In this document: positions 20,280 through 29,384 of the stretch, piece by piece
Position numbering within the stretch: the stretch's first letter is position 1
Layout: every line of letters starts with the position of its first letter
Source: Woeseiaceae bacterium
GTDB lineage: Bacteria; Pseudomonadota; Gammaproteobacteria; Steroidobacterales; Woeseiaceae
Direction of reading: 5' to 3'
Length of the DNA stretch: 64,000 nt
Assembly (NCBI GenBank): GCA_036525955.1
Contig: DATCZJ010000013.1
Coordinates: 2,072-66,071 of the forward strand
Notes under the pieces: model-generated
Seen by the model: the letters and a program-made list of their open reading frames with translations, nothing else
Databases searched by the model: none
Told to the model about the DNA's origin: nothing
Position numbers and translations under genes: made by a program

Positions 20280-20471
20280 ATGTCCAAGAAGCATAAGGAA
20301 ATGAAATCGCCATTCGATCCGCTCAAGAGCGATGAAGCCAGGCAGCGATGGGAAATGTTCCATCGCGCGATCGCCTACGCAAAGGCATCGAACAACGCGG
20401 CAATGATCGAGGCGGATGCGCAGCAGCACGAAGCGAAGCCCTCGGGTCCGCTCCTCTCGATCGTCCGATAA
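20280..20471 (+). CDS. hypothetical small protein (63 aa)
   Basis: The ATG at 20280 lies within track ORF 20205..20471 (MSKKHKEMKSPFDPLKSDEARQRW...). The Shine-Dalgarno is weak and I recognise no family. Confidence 0.4.
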   Translation: MSKKHKEMKSPFDPLKSDEARQRWEMFHRAIAYAKASNNAAMIEADAQQHEAKPSGPLLSIVR

Positions 20472-20476
20472 GCGCA

Positions 20477-20719
20477 ATGGAACGATTCCTGCAGTACCTC
20501 GACGATATCGACGACCTGGTGGGCGTGATGGGCCTGCTCTACGAAAGAATCCGGACTCTGGCGCTGACGGTCAGCATCCTGCTACTGGCGCTCTGCGTCG
20601 CGGCCGGCGCAATGTGGCTTGCACTGGTGCATCCGCCGGTATCGCTCGCCATTGGCACCCTGCTGTTCGTCGCGCTGCTGTACCGCACCGTCACTTCGCC
20701 GCCGCTGCGAAGCATCTGA
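20477..20719 (+). CDS. hypothetical small membrane protein (80 aa, 2 TM)
   Basis: The ATG lies 6 nt after the previous stop. The product MERFLQYLDDIDDL... is followed by two hydrophobic helices. Confidence 0.5.
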   Translation: MERFLQYLDDIDDLVGVMGLLYERIRTLALTVSILLLALCVAAGAMWLALVHPPVSLAIGTLLFVALLYRTVTSPPLRSI

Positions 20720-20746
20720 ACGCCCTGACACGACGCCTCGCCCGGA

Positions 20747-20774
20747 CTTGAAATCGCCGGGACAGCCCCTATGG
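20747..20774 (+). promoter_or_regulatory. candidate sigma-32 (RpoH) heat-shock promoter of htpG
   Basis: CTTGAA-N13-CCCCTATGG lies 30-57 nt upstream of the htpG GTG. It matches the RpoH consensus CTTGAA-N13-15-CCCCATNT. Confidence 0.55.
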
Positions 20775-20803
20775 TGTCTGCCTTTGGGCCGGAGACTTAA
20801 GGC

Positions 20804-22672
20804 GTGGCGAAAAAAGCGGAGACACTCGGATTCCAGACGGAGGTTCGTCAGCTGCTGAAGCTGATGATCCATTCCCTCTACAGCAACAAGGAAATCTTCC
20901 TGCGGGAACTCATTTCGAACGCGTCCGACGCGGCTGACAAGCTGCGGTTCGAGGCGCTCGCGACCCCCGGCCTGCTCGGGAGCGATACGGATCTCGCGAT
21001 CGAGATAGAGATCGACAAGAAAGCCCGGCTGCTGTCGGTCTCGGACAACGGCATCGGGATGTCGCGCAGTGAAATCATCGACAACCTGGGCACGATCGCG
21101 CGCTCCGGCACGGCCGAGTTCCTCGGCAAGATGACGGGCGACAAGAAGCATGACGCGCGGCTGATAGGCCAGTTCGGCGTCGGCTTCTATTCCGCTTTCA
21201 TCGTCGCGGACAAGATCACCGTCGAGAGCCGACGGGCCGGCAGTGGCGAAACCACGGTCTGGGAGTCGGACGGGCAGGGCGAATTTTCAGTGTCGGAAGG
21301 CGAGCGCGAGCAGCGTGGCACGCGCGTGACGCTGCATCTCAAGAAGGACGAAAGCGAATTCGCCGAGCCCTACCGCATCGAGACCCTGATCCGCAAATAC
21401 TCGGACCATATCGGTTTCCCGGTGTCGCTGCGGATCGCAGGCGAAGACGAAGTGAAGGTCGTCAACTCCGCGACCGCGCTGTGGACACGCCCGCGCGCGG
21501 AAGTGCAGGACGACGAATACAGGGAATTCTACAAGCACCTGTCGCACGACTTTTCCGATCCGCTCGCGTGGAGCCACAACCGCGTGGAGGGCAAGCGCGA
21601 GTACACGAGCCTGCTCTACCTGCCGTCCGCCGCGCCGTTCGATCTCTGGAACCGGGAAGCGCCACGCGGCCTCAAACTGTATGTGCAGCGCGTCTTTATC
21701 ATGGACGATGCGGAACAGTTCCTGCCGCTCTACCTGCGCTTCGTCAAGGGCGTCGTCGACTCGTCCGACCTGCCGCTCAACGTGTCACGTGAGCTGCTGC
21801 AGCAGAATCCCGAGCTCGCGTCGATGCGCTCGGCGCTGACGCGGCGCGTCCTCGATATGATCGAGAAGCTCGCTGGCGACGACTATGCGACCTTCTGGAA
21901 GGAGTTCGGCCAGGTTCTGAAAGAAGGCATGATCGAGGATATGGCCAATCGCGACAAACTCGCGAAGCTGTTGCGCTTTTCGACGACGCACACAGGCAGC
22001 GACGTTCAGGACCAGTCGCTCGACGATTACACGGGTCGCGCGGCCGAGGGCCAGGACAAGATCTACTACCTGCTGGCGGAGAATCACGCCACGGCCATCT
22101 CGAGTCCGCATCTCGAAAAACTGAAAGGGCAGGGCGTCGAAGTCCTGTTGCTGACCGACAGGATCGATCCCTGGCTCGTCGACGCACTCGGCGAATACGA
22201 CGGCAAGCAGCTCGTCGACGTCGCCCGTGCCGCCCTCGATTTGCCCGAAGGCGACGGCGGCCAGACGCAGGAAGCGATGGACAGGGAGCACGAGGCACTG
22301 TTGAAAAAGGTCAGGCGCACGCTGCGCGACCGGGTCGAGGGAGTCCAGGTGAGCCGGCGACTCGTCGATTCGGCGGCCTGCGTCGTGGCGGCGGAAGACG
22401 ACCTCAGCCCGCAGCTGCGGCGCATGCTCGAAGCCAGCGGCCAGAAGTTGCCGGACTCGAAGCCGATTCTCGAGGTCAACATCGAGCACCCGCTCGTCAC
22501 GCGCCTCGCAGCGGAGGCGGATGCTGCGCGTTTCGACGATCTGTCGCATATTCTGCTGGATCACGCGCTGCTCGCAGAGGGGTCGCAACTCGACAACCCG
22601 GCTGCCTATGTGCAGCGCATGAACAAGTTGCTGCAGGATATCGGCACGGGAGGAAAGCATGAGCAAGGCTGA
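20804..22672 (+). CDS. htpG: molecular chaperone HtpG (Hsp90)
   Basis: [41 protein letters not shown] is nearly identical to the E. coli HtpG N-terminus. The product is 622 aa. Confidence 0.97.
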   Translation: MAKKAETLGFQTEVRQLLKLMIHSLYSNKEIFLRELISNASDAADKLRFEALATPGLLGSDTDLAIEIEIDKKARLLSVSDNGIGMSRSEIIDNLGTIARSGTAEFLGKMTGDKKHDARLIGQFGVGFYSAFIVADKITVESRRAGSGETTVWESDGQGEFSVSEGEREQRGTRVTLHLKKDESEFAEPYRIETLIRKYSDHIGFPVSLRIAGEDEVKVVNSATALWTRPRAEVQDDEYREFYKHLSHDFSDPLAWSHNRVEGKREYTSLLYLPSAAPFDLWNREAPRGLKLYVQRVFIMDDAEQFLPLYLRFVKGVVDSSDLPLNVSRELLQQNPELASMRSALTRRVLDMIEKLAGDDYATFWKEFGQVLKEGMIEDMANRDKLAKLLRFSTTHTGSDVQDQSLDDYTGRAAEGQDKIYYLLAENHATAISSPHLEKLKGQGVEVLLLTDRIDPWLVDALGEYDGKQLVDVARAALDLPEGDGGQTQEAMDREHEALLKKVRRTLRDRVEGVQVSRRLVDSAACVVAAEDDLSPQLRRMLEASGQKLPDSKPILEVNIEHPLVTRLAAEADAARFDDLSHILLDHALLAEGSQLDNPAAYVQRMNKLLQDIGTGGKHEQG

Positions 22673-23048
22673 CGATAAGGCGCTGCGCGAACGGCTCAGC
22701 GAGGAGCAGTACCAGGTGACGCAGTGTTCGGCTACCGAAAGGCCATTCACGGGCAAGTACGTGCACCACAAGGATGACGGCATCTATCGTTGCGTCTGCT
22801 GCGACACGGCGCTGTTTGCGTCGGACCACAAGTACGATTCCGGGTCCGGCTGGCCGAGCTTCTGGCTGCCGCTTGCGGGTGATGCCGTGGCGACCAGCAC
22901 CGACCGGTCGCACGGCATGGCGCGGACGGAAGTGACCTGCGGTCACTGCGGCGCTCACCTGGGCCACGTGTTCGAGGATGGTCCGCAGCCGTCAGGCCTG
23001 CGATACTGCATCAACTCGGCTTCACTCGACTTCGAAGGACGGAAATAA
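22659..23048 (+). CDS. msrB: peptide-methionine (R)-S-oxide reductase
   Basis: It has the SelR motifs CVCC...GWPSF and [16 protein letters not shown]...RYCINS. It overlaps the htpG 3' end by 14 nt. Confidence 0.95.
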   Translation: MSKADDKALRERLSEEQYQVTQCSATERPFTGKYVHHKDDGIYRCVCCDTALFASDHKYDSGSGWPSFWLPLAGDAVATSTDRSHGMARTEVTCGHCGAHLGHVFEDGPQPSGLRYCINSASLDFEGRK

Positions 23049-23566
23049 TGAACAGAACGCTCATCGCGGCATCCTGCTGCGCAATTCTGGCGGCCTGCGG
23101 GTCGGCCGATACGCCGACGCAAACTGCCGCAGAGACTTCGCCGAAGCCGGTCATCGATCGAAGCGGCTGCCCCGCGGCGGGCGACGATGGCACGATCGAC
23201 ATCCGTCCCGGGCTGCGCGCGCGAATACTCAAGAATGGGTATGGCCGGGCAGCCGCCGCGGGAGACTATGCCGGGGTGCACGCGGTGCTCTGGGTCTACG
23301 ATGATGCGCGGCCGGACCACAAGGGCATGGAAATCTGGTCATCCGGCGGGGTCGATCCGTTCGAGTTTCAGATCGGGCAGAGCGGCTTCATCGCCGGCTG
23401 GAGCCCGGGAATCGAATGCATGCTGCTCGGCGAAAAGCGCGAGCTCGTCATCGCGCCGGAACTCGCTTATGGCGAACTCGGGCGGGCGCCCGTGCCGCCG
23501 AACGCGACGCTGCTCTACGAACTGGAACTGGTCAACCTGGTAACGCCGGGCGCGACAGCCAACTAG
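23048..23566 (+). CDS. FKBP-type peptidyl-prolyl cis-trans isomerase lipoprotein
   Basis: A lipobox LAACGS is followed by an FKBP core (FEFQIGQSGFIAGW, PELAYGELG, TLLYELELV). The start overlaps the msrB stop (TAATG). Confidence 0.9.
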   Translation: MNRTLIAASCCAILAACGSADTPTQTAAETSPKPVIDRSGCPAAGDDGTIDIRPGLRARILKNGYGRAAAAGDYAGVHAVLWVYDDARPDHKGMEIWSSGGVDPFEFQIGQSGFIAGWSPGIECMLLGEKRELVIAPELAYGELGRAPVPPNATLLYELELVNLVTPGATAN

Positions 23567-24603
23567 GCGCGGCCGGCCAACTGGTCGCGGAGCATCCTGG
23601 CCTGACCGATCCAGTCCTCGCGATAGATCCGGCTCCGAAATCCCTTGAGTCGATTCGCGACGCGATCGATATCGTACTCGCTCATGTCGGCAATCTGCTG
23701 AAAGCGGAAAATGCCGAGCTCGTTGAGCGTCTTCTCGATAGCGGGGCCGATGCCCTTGATCATTTTCAGGTCGTCCCGCAGCCGGTTCGGCATGGCGTCG
23801 TCATCGTCGCGTGCGACAAGGACGTTCGGGGCGGCTTCGCTATCGGCCCGCATTTCGTCTGATTTGTCGGCGCCGTCCGCTGCTTCGTCTATTTCGCTGG
23901 CGTCGCCGATATCGTCCCATGCAGCGCCGGCAGGCAGCGCTTCGTCACCGCGCTCCTGCGGATCATTCGAGGCTTCGCGCCCGTCCGTGAGTTCGTCCGG
24001 ATCGTTGACCGATTCGATTCGCGTCTGCCCGGCCGCCTGCGCGAATTCGAGTTCGCGAATGCGCTGCCGTGCCGTGTTGAGTTCGGCTTCGAGCCGCGCG
24101 GCTTCCTCGTTGCGCTGGCGAAACCGTTCGATCAGCGGTGGCACGCGGCTTTGCCAGTTCTCGAGTTCTCGAGCGAGCCTGGCGATCTTTTCGTCCTTCG
24201 CGCGCATCTGGTCGCGCTCGGCGTCAAGGCTGGCGATGTCCGATTTCAGGCGCTCGCGCGCGGTAACCGCGGATTCGAGATTGGCGCGAATGTCCTTGAT
24301 CTCGCGTTGCAGCGTGTCGCGACGCTCGTAAGCTTCCTGTACAGCGGCTGCCAGTTCGCGGGCCCGGTTCTTGGCATCCTTGTTCGAGGCCTGGTACTGG
24401 CTGATCTGCTCCATGAGGCCCTTGTTCTGGTCGACCAGGCGATCGTGTTCCTTGCGCTGCGCATCAACCTGGTCCTGCCAGCCGGCGCTGATGGCGGTTT
24501 TCTCCTGGGCTGCCCGTTGCCCGCGCACAATCCAGCCCGCGACGACACCCGCAATTGCCGCAACGGCCAGCAGGGCAATATGGGTAACGGTGATCTCTGG
24601 CAT
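23563..24603 (-). CDS. hypothetical membrane-anchored coiled-coil protein with C-terminal helix-hairpin-helix-like module
   Basis: It has an N-terminal TM, about 200 aa of heptad-rich coiled coil, an acidic linker and the C-terminal segment LKMIKGIGPAIEKTLNELGIFRFQQIA. Confidence 0.7.
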   Translation of the reverse strand: MPEITVTHIALLAVAAIAGVVAGWIVRGQRAAQEKTAISAGWQDQVDAQRKEHDRLVDQNKGLMEQISQYQASNKDAKNRARELAAAVQEAYERRDTLQREIKDIRANLESAVTARERLKSDIASLDAERDQMRAKDEKIARLARELENWQSRVPPLIERFRQRNEEAARLEAELNTARQRIRELEFAQAAGQTRIESVNDPDELTDGREASNDPQERGDEALPAGAAWDDIGDASEIDEAADGADKSDEMRADSEAAPNVLVARDDDDAMPNRLRDDLKMIKGIGPAIEKTLNELGIFRFQQIADMSEYDIDRVANRLKGFRSRIYREDWIGQARMLRDQLAGRA

Positions 24604-24625
24604 GCGGGCTTTCCTTATTCAGCGG

Positions 24626-25843
24626 TTACGACGCAAGCGGGACCTTCTCCATGTGTTCGATGACTTCCCGAATCTGCTGCACGGCCCAGTCGATCTGCTC
24701 GCGGCTGATGACGAGCGGCGGCGCGAGCCGAACGACTGTTTCGTGAGTTTCCTTGCTGAGCAGGCCGCGCGCCATGAGCGCTTCGCAAACGCTGCGGGCC
24801 TTGCATCGTGAGCGATCCATTTCGACGCCGATGAACAGTCCGCGGCCACGCACCTCGCGAATCAGCGGACTTCTTATTTCGCGGAGTTTTGCCAGCAGGT
24901 ACGCGCCCTGTTCGGCGCTCCGGGCAGCAAGATTCTCTTCGACGATAATGTTGAGCGCTTCGAGGCCGACCGCTGCGCCGAGCGGATTGCCGCCGAACGT
25001 CGATCCGTGATCGCCGGGTCGGAACACGTCCATCACGTCGCGGCGTGCCAGGAACATCGACACGGGCAGCACGCCTCCGCCGAGGGCCTTGCCGAGTATC
25101 AGTCCGTCCGGCCGCACGCCTTCGTGTTCCGCTGCCAGCAGCTTGCCGGTCCGGCCGAGGCCCGTCTGGATTTCGTCAGTGATCAGCAGCACGTTGTGCC
25201 TGCGGCAGAGTTCGGCGGCCGCGGCGAGGTAGCCCTCGGGCGGGATGATGATGCCGCCTTCGCCCTGGATCGGTTCGACCAGGAAAGCCGCAGTATTTTC
25301 GTTGATCGCCGCTTCCAGCGCCCCGACGTCGCCGTAGTCGACCGTCACGAACCCCGGCGGGAATGGTCCGAAACCGTCCTTGTACTGGGGTTCGTCGGAC
25401 ATCGCGACGATGGCGATCGTACGGCCATGGAAGTTGCCGTGGCAGGCAATGATTTCGGCCTTGTCGGCCGCCACGCCCTTGACCCGGTAGGCCCATTTGC
25501 GCGCCGCCTTGATTGCGGTCTCGACGGCCTCGGCCCCCGTGTTCATGGGCAACGCCTTGTCCATGCCCGTCAGTTCGCAGGCCCGCGCCAGGAACGGCGC
25601 AAGGCGGTCCGAGTAGAAAGCGCGCGACACGATGTTGAGGCGGCCCACCTGCTCCCGGACCAGCGCGACGAGGCGCGGATGCGCATGACCGTGACTGACA
25701 GCCGAGTACGCGCTCATCATGTCGAGGTATTTCCTGCCGGACTCGTCCCAGACGTAAACGCCTTCGCCGCGCGTCAGCACGACGGGCAGCGGGTGGTAGT
25801 TGGCCGCGCAATAGCGCGCTTCAAGATCCCTCGTGGAACTCAT
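24626..25843 (-). CDS. rocD: ornithine/acetylornithine-family class III aminotransferase (RocD-like)
   Basis: The ATG at 25843 gives 405 aa. The product carries YHPLPVVL..GEGVYVWD, FHGRT, DEIQTGLGRTGK and PLGGG motifs of ornithine--oxo-acid aminotransferase. Confidence 0.85.
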   Translation of the reverse strand: MSSTRDLEARYCAANYHPLPVVLTRGEGVYVWDESGRKYLDMMSAYSAVSHGHAHPRLVALVREQVGRLNIVSRAFYSDRLAPFLARACELTGMDKALPMNTGAEAVETAIKAARKWAYRVKGVAADKAEIIACHGNFHGRTIAIVAMSDEPQYKDGFGPFPPGFVTVDYGDVGALEAAINENTAAFLVEPIQGEGGIIIPPEGYLAAAAELCRRHNVLLITDEIQTGLGRTGKLLAAEHEGVRPDGLILGKALGGGVLPVSMFLARRDVMDVFRPGDHGSTFGGNPLGAAVGLEALNIIVEENLAARSAEQGAYLLAKLREIRSPLIREVRGRGLFIGVEMDRSRCKARSVCEALMARGLLSKETHETVVRLAPPLVISREQIDWAVQQIREVIEHMEKVPLAS

Positions 25844-25957
25844 GTATCTCACCGCGGTCGGAAAAAGCCCGCCCAATCGGGGCGGTATTACGTAAGATAA
25901 TAATTTTACAGCAATAAGCGCGTCGAGCCACCGGCGTTTTTCGAAAGGGGACACTGC

Positions 25958-26590
25958 ATGGCGGCAGCACCACAACCGGAATCCCTGTTCATCGACGGTC
26001 CTGCCGGCCGCCTGGAGTCCCTGCTCGAGGTGCCGACGGGCATCGATCTTCGCGGTGCCGCGGTGCTATGCCATCCGCACCCGCAGCATGGCGGCACGAT
26101 GCACAACAAGGTCGTGCATACGCTGTCGCGCGCGTTCGCCCGGCTGGGTTTTGCGACACTGCGCTTCAACTTTCGCGGCACCGAGGGCAGTGAAGGCGAT
26201 TACGACGGCGGTGTCGGGGAACTCGACGACGCGCTGGCCGCGATTGCCTGGATGCGTGCGCGCTTCCCCGGGCAGCCGCTGTGGCTCGCGGGATTCTCGT
26301 TTGGCGCCGCCATCGCGATTCGAGCTGCGATCGCGACCGAAGTGGACGGCCTGGTCAGCGTCGCTCCAGCCGTATCGCGATTCGCGGCCGGCCTTACCGA
26401 ACAGCCACAGTGCCCCTGGCTCGTTGTCCAGGGGGACCAGGACGAACTCGTCGACGTCAACGAGACGATCGACTGGGTCAATCGTCTGGAGCCCGGACCG
26501 GAGCTGCTGGTGCTCGAAGGCGTCGAGCATTTTTTCCACGGCCGCCTTCTCGATCTGCGCGATGCCGTGGCCGCTTTCGTGCAGGCATAA
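25958..26590 (+). CDS. alpha/beta hydrolase (COG2945-like)
   Basis: 210 aa with CHPHPQHGGTMHNKVV and a GFSFGA nucleophile elbow. Confidence 0.8.
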   Translation: MAAAPQPESLFIDGPAGRLESLLEVPTGIDLRGAAVLCHPHPQHGGTMHNKVVHTLSRAFARLGFATLRFNFRGTEGSEGDYDGGVGELDDALAAIAWMRARFPGQPLWLAGFSFGAAIAIRAAIATEVDGLVSVAPAVSRFAAGLTEQPQCPWLVVQGDQDELVDVNETIDWVNRLEPGPELLVLEGVEHFFHGRLLDLRDAVAAFVQA

Positions 26591-26616
26591 AAAAGCCGGG
26601 GCGAGCCCCGGCTTTG
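26589..26616. terminator. bidirectional intrinsic terminator between convergent genes
   Basis: The hairpin GCCGGGG-CGAG-CCCCGGC is flanked by A6 on one side and TTT on the other. It is stronger for the minus-strand HU gene. Confidence 0.7.
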
Positions 26617-26638
26617 CGTCGATCCTGGAAGCCAGGTA

Positions 26639-26959
26639 TCAGACCATGTCCTTCAGCGCCTTGAGCGGCGAAGCCTTGACGGCCTTGGATGCCGGCTTGG
26701 CTTTGAACATCATCTCTTCGCCCGTGAACGGGTTGACGCCCTTGCGTGCCGCGCGAGCGGGCTTCTTGACGACGCGCAGCTTCATGAGGCCGGGGACCGT
26801 GAAGACGCCCGGCGCGCCACGACCGCCAAGGTTCTTCTTGATCTGACCGTTGAGCGACTCGAATACGGCTGCGACGTCTTTGCGCGTCAGGCCGGTGTCC
26901 TCGACGATCTTTGCATAAATTTCAGATTTGGTCGGTGGCTTTTTGGTGTTTGCTGCCAT
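26639..26959 (-). CDS. HU/IHF-family DNA-binding protein with Lys-rich C-terminal extension
   Basis: 106 aa. KSEIYAKIVEDTGLTRKDVAAVFESL ... GRNPFTGE-like GVNPFTGEEMMFKAK forms an HU-fold arm. Confidence 0.85.
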   Translation of the reverse strand: MAANTKKPPTKSEIYAKIVEDTGLTRKDVAAVFESLNGQIKKNLGGRGAPGVFTVPGLMKLRVVKKPARAARKGVNPFTGEEMMFKAKPASKAVKASPLKALKDMV

Positions 26960-26973
26960 GAAAAACTGCTCCT

Positions 26974-27002
26974 GAAAAAAAACGAAACGGGCGCGGGCCC
27001 GT
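26974..27002 (-). terminator. terminator-like hairpin plus U8 immediately upstream of the HU gene Shine-Dalgarno
   Basis: The minus strand reads ACGGGC-CCGC-GCCCGU followed by UUCGUUUUUUUU and then CAGGAGCAGUUUUUCAUG. Confidence 0.5.
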
Positions 27003-27090
27003 GGAAATTGCAGCGCGAAGATAACACATGTTTTTGCGGGGCGTAAGCGAAAAAGGGCTTTTTTTCTAGGGGATTTTGCGCTAGTGCCTG

Positions 27091-27118
27091 AAAATGAAAG
27101 CGGGCGCGGCTGCGCCCG
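27091..27118 (-). terminator. intrinsic terminator after the lipoprotein gene
   Basis: A 7-bp GC stem (CGGGCGC/GCGCCCG) is followed on the minus strand by CUUUCAUUUU, 33 nt after the stop at 27151. Confidence 0.55.
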
Positions 27119-27150
27119 TCTCGCCTTTCATCGCAATCGAACCGTTTCCA

Positions 27151-27636
27151 TCAGTTGCTCGTATAGAACTGCCGATTGAATACGACGTCCGACGCGGTCG
27201 GCGAGCCCTCCGGTCTGACGCGGATTTCGAACTTCAACGTTTCCTGGTTGGCAACAGTCGTTTCGCCGATGTAGTAAATCGCCGGCGGCTCCCCGGGCTC
27301 GTCATGACGCTGCATTGTGAGGCTCTTGAGCTGGCCCGTGAGATTGACGGTCCTGACCTGGACTTCCGCGGGAACCGACGCGCCATCGGATTCGCGAACG
27401 ACGGAAACATTCAGCATCACGCGATTGTTGCTGCGCACGATGCCATAAGCCTTTGCGATTTCCGGCGTCAGCTGGTCGGTCATCTGTGTGCTGTAATGCA
27501 CGACGAAGTCGCCGACATCGGCAAACGTCGCCTCGACCGGCTGGGCGCGCGGCACGGTCGCCGAGTCATCCGGGCCGCAGCCGCCGGCCAGCAGGATTAC
27601 CATGGAAATCAACGCGAATCGCGCGCTTGTCATCAT
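27151..27636 (-). CDS. small lipoprotein (resembles proteins I recall annotated as DUF4426; not verifiable here)
   Basis: The ATG at 27636 gives 161 aa with lipobox LLAGGCG. It lies within the longer track ORF 27151..28071, whose N-terminal part is Arg/Pro-rich noise. Confidence 0.7.
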   Translation of the reverse strand: MMTSARFALISMVILLAGGCGPDDSATVPRAQPVEATFADVGDFVVHYSTQMTDQLTPEIAKAYGIVRSNNRVMLNVSVVRESDGASVPAEVQVRTVNLTGQLKSLTMQRHDEPGEPPAIYYIGETTVANQETLKFEIRVRPEGSPTASDVVFNRQFYTSN

Positions 27637-27665
27637 GAATCGGCCCCCCGTCTGCATTGGAATGA

Positions 27666-27950
27666 CTATACGCGATTTCCCGACCGGCGCGAACTGTCGA
27701 CATCGGGCAGGCTGATCGGGCCATGCAGAAAGAACGATTTGTCGCGACTCGTCAGGCCATGCCGCAGTTCCACGCGCGAAACCGGCAACTGGAACAGCCG
27801 GGCCAGCATTTTGGCTGCTGCCCTGTTGGCCTTGCCGTCGGCAGGTGGGGCGGTTGTCCTGATCTGCAGCCGACCGTTGCTGATACCGCGGATATCGTTG
27901 TGTTTCGCGCGCGGCTGCACCCTGACTGCGACCATGAGGCCGTCTCCCAC
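27666..27950 (-). CDS. yggU: DUF167 family protein YggU
   Basis: VAVRVQPRAKHNDIRG...LQIRTTAPPADGKANRAAAKMLARLF...V.SRVELRHGLTSRDK is the typical DUF167 pattern. The GTG at 27950 (or the ATG at 27935) lies just after the yggT stop. Confidence 0.75.
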   Translation of the reverse strand: MGDGLMVAVRVQPRAKHNDIRGISNGRLQIRTTAPPADGKANRAAAKMLARLFQLPVSRVELRHGLTSRDKSFFLHGPISLPDVDSSRRSGNRV

Positions 27951-27979
27951 GGTTCGCGTGCAGGCTGCGAGGTCGGCGA

Positions 27980-28540
27980 TCAGAACGGCAGGGTCTTGAG
28001 CCCGGCGACGATCTTCGTCGCGGCCAGCAGCAGGATGATCGCGAACACCGGCGAAATGTCGATGCCGCCAAGCGACGGAAGCCAGCGTCGAAGCGGGCGC
28101 AGCACGGGCTCCGTCAGGGTGAAAATGATCGCTGCTGCCGGGTTGTAACCGCCGGGCGAGATCCAGCTCAGGATGACACGCACGAATATCGCGAACACGA
28201 ACAGGTGCATGGATAAAAGCACCAGCCCCGCCACGGCCGTAATGGTGATGTCGAGTACGCCGGCCGGCAGCTGCGAAATCATCGCGAGTATGGCAAGCAC
28301 GAGGTATTCGATGATGAATGCCACGAGGATCGTAGCCGTGTCGAGGCGGCCAATCGGTGGCACGATACGTCGTATTGGCACAACGACGGGCGAGGTCAGC
28401 CGAAGAATGGCCTGCGCCAGCGGGTTGCGAAAATCCGCACGCAACAGCGGCAGCCACAGGCGCAACAGCAGCACCAGCAGGTACAGCTGGGCGATGCTGT
28501 GGATGATGAAGACGAGCGCGTTCGTGACGTTGGCGGGCAT
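27980..28540 (-). CDS. yggT: YggT family membrane protein
   Basis: 186 aa with two YGGT repeats (LLLRLWLPLLRADFRNPLAQ..., FVRVILSWISPGGYNP...). Confidence 0.9.
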   Translation of the reverse strand: MPANVTNALVFIIHSIAQLYLLVLLLRLWLPLLRADFRNPLAQAILRLTSPVVVPIRRIVPPIGRLDTATILVAFIIEYLVLAILAMISQLPAGVLDITITAVAGLVLLSMHLFVFAIFVRVILSWISPGGYNPAAAIIFTLTEPVLRPLRRWLPSLGGIDISPVFAIILLLAATKIVAGLKTLPF

Positions 28541-28542
28541 GA

Positions 28543-29382
28543 TCAGTCCAGTCCGGTTTCATGAGCCCGGTCGGCGAGGTCGACCGCGCGGTCGCGGGCT
28601 GCGATGACAGCGGCCCTGAAGATAGCATGAAAGTCCGTCTTTTCGAGGTAGTCGAATGCCGCTGCCGTCGTGCCCCCCGGCGACCGCACGCGCGCGATCA
28701 GCGAGGCCATGCTCTCGCCCGACTGTTCCGCCATCTCGCCCGCACCACGCGCGGTTTCCAGCACCAGCGAAAACGCGGCGTCGTTGTCGAGCCCCAGCTC
28801 GACTGCCACGTTGACCAGCATGTCGACGAGCAGGTAGAAGTACGCCGGGCCCGTGCCCGAGACCGCGGTAACGGTATCGAGGTCGGCCTCACTGGGAACC
28901 GGGATCACCGGGCCGGTCGTCGCGACGATGTTGCTGGCGGCCCGCAGCTGCAGCTTGTTGGTGCGCTCGTTGGCATACAGGCCGGAGATGCCGAGCCGCA
29001 GCAGGGCGGGCTGGTTGGGCATGACGCGGACAACCGCCAGGTCGCCGCCGAGCCAGTCTTCGATGTCGCTGCTGCGAACGCCCGCCGCGATCGAAATGAT
29101 CAGCGGCCTGGTTTTCTGAACGATGCTGGCGAGTGGCTTGCAGACGTCCGCGAGAATCTGCGGCTTGACGGCGAACAGCACGCATTCCGCCTCGCTCACG
29201 ATGGACAGATTGTCCTCGCGAATATCGGCGCCGGGCAGTTCCCGCGCGAGCGCCTCGCGCTGTGCGGCGCGAGGTTCCGAGATCAGGATGTGCCGCGGTT
29301 CGTAACCCGCCGACAGCATGCCCCCTGCCAGTGCACGAGCCATATTGCCGCCGCCGACGAACGCGACTTTCCCATAGTCCAT
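28543..29382 (-). CDS. proC: pyrroline-5-carboxylate reductase
   Basis: VAFVGGGNMARAL Rossmann motif and the C-terminal VRSPGGTTAAA signature. Confidence 0.95.
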   Translation of the reverse strand: MDYGKVAFVGGGNMARALAGGMLSAGYEPRHILISEPRAAQREALARELPGADIREDNLSIVSEAECVLFAVKPQILADVCKPLASIVQKTRPLIISIAAGVRSSDIEDWLGGDLAVVRVMPNQPALLRLGISGLYANERTNKLQLRAASNIVATTGPVIPVPSEADLDTVTAVSGTGPAYFYLLVDMLVNVAVELGLDNDAAFSLVLETARGAGEMAEQSGESMASLIARVRSPGGTTAAAFDYLEKTDFHAIFRAAVIAARDRAVDLADRAHETGLD

Positions 29383-29384
29383 AG

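Noticed and set aside
24139-24154. TGGCAC-N6-TTGC on the plus strand. A similar TGGCAC-N4-TTGC lies at 62342..62355.
   Set aside because: The GG/GC spacing is off by one in each case. Both lie inside CDSs (antisense) with no downstream gene to drive.
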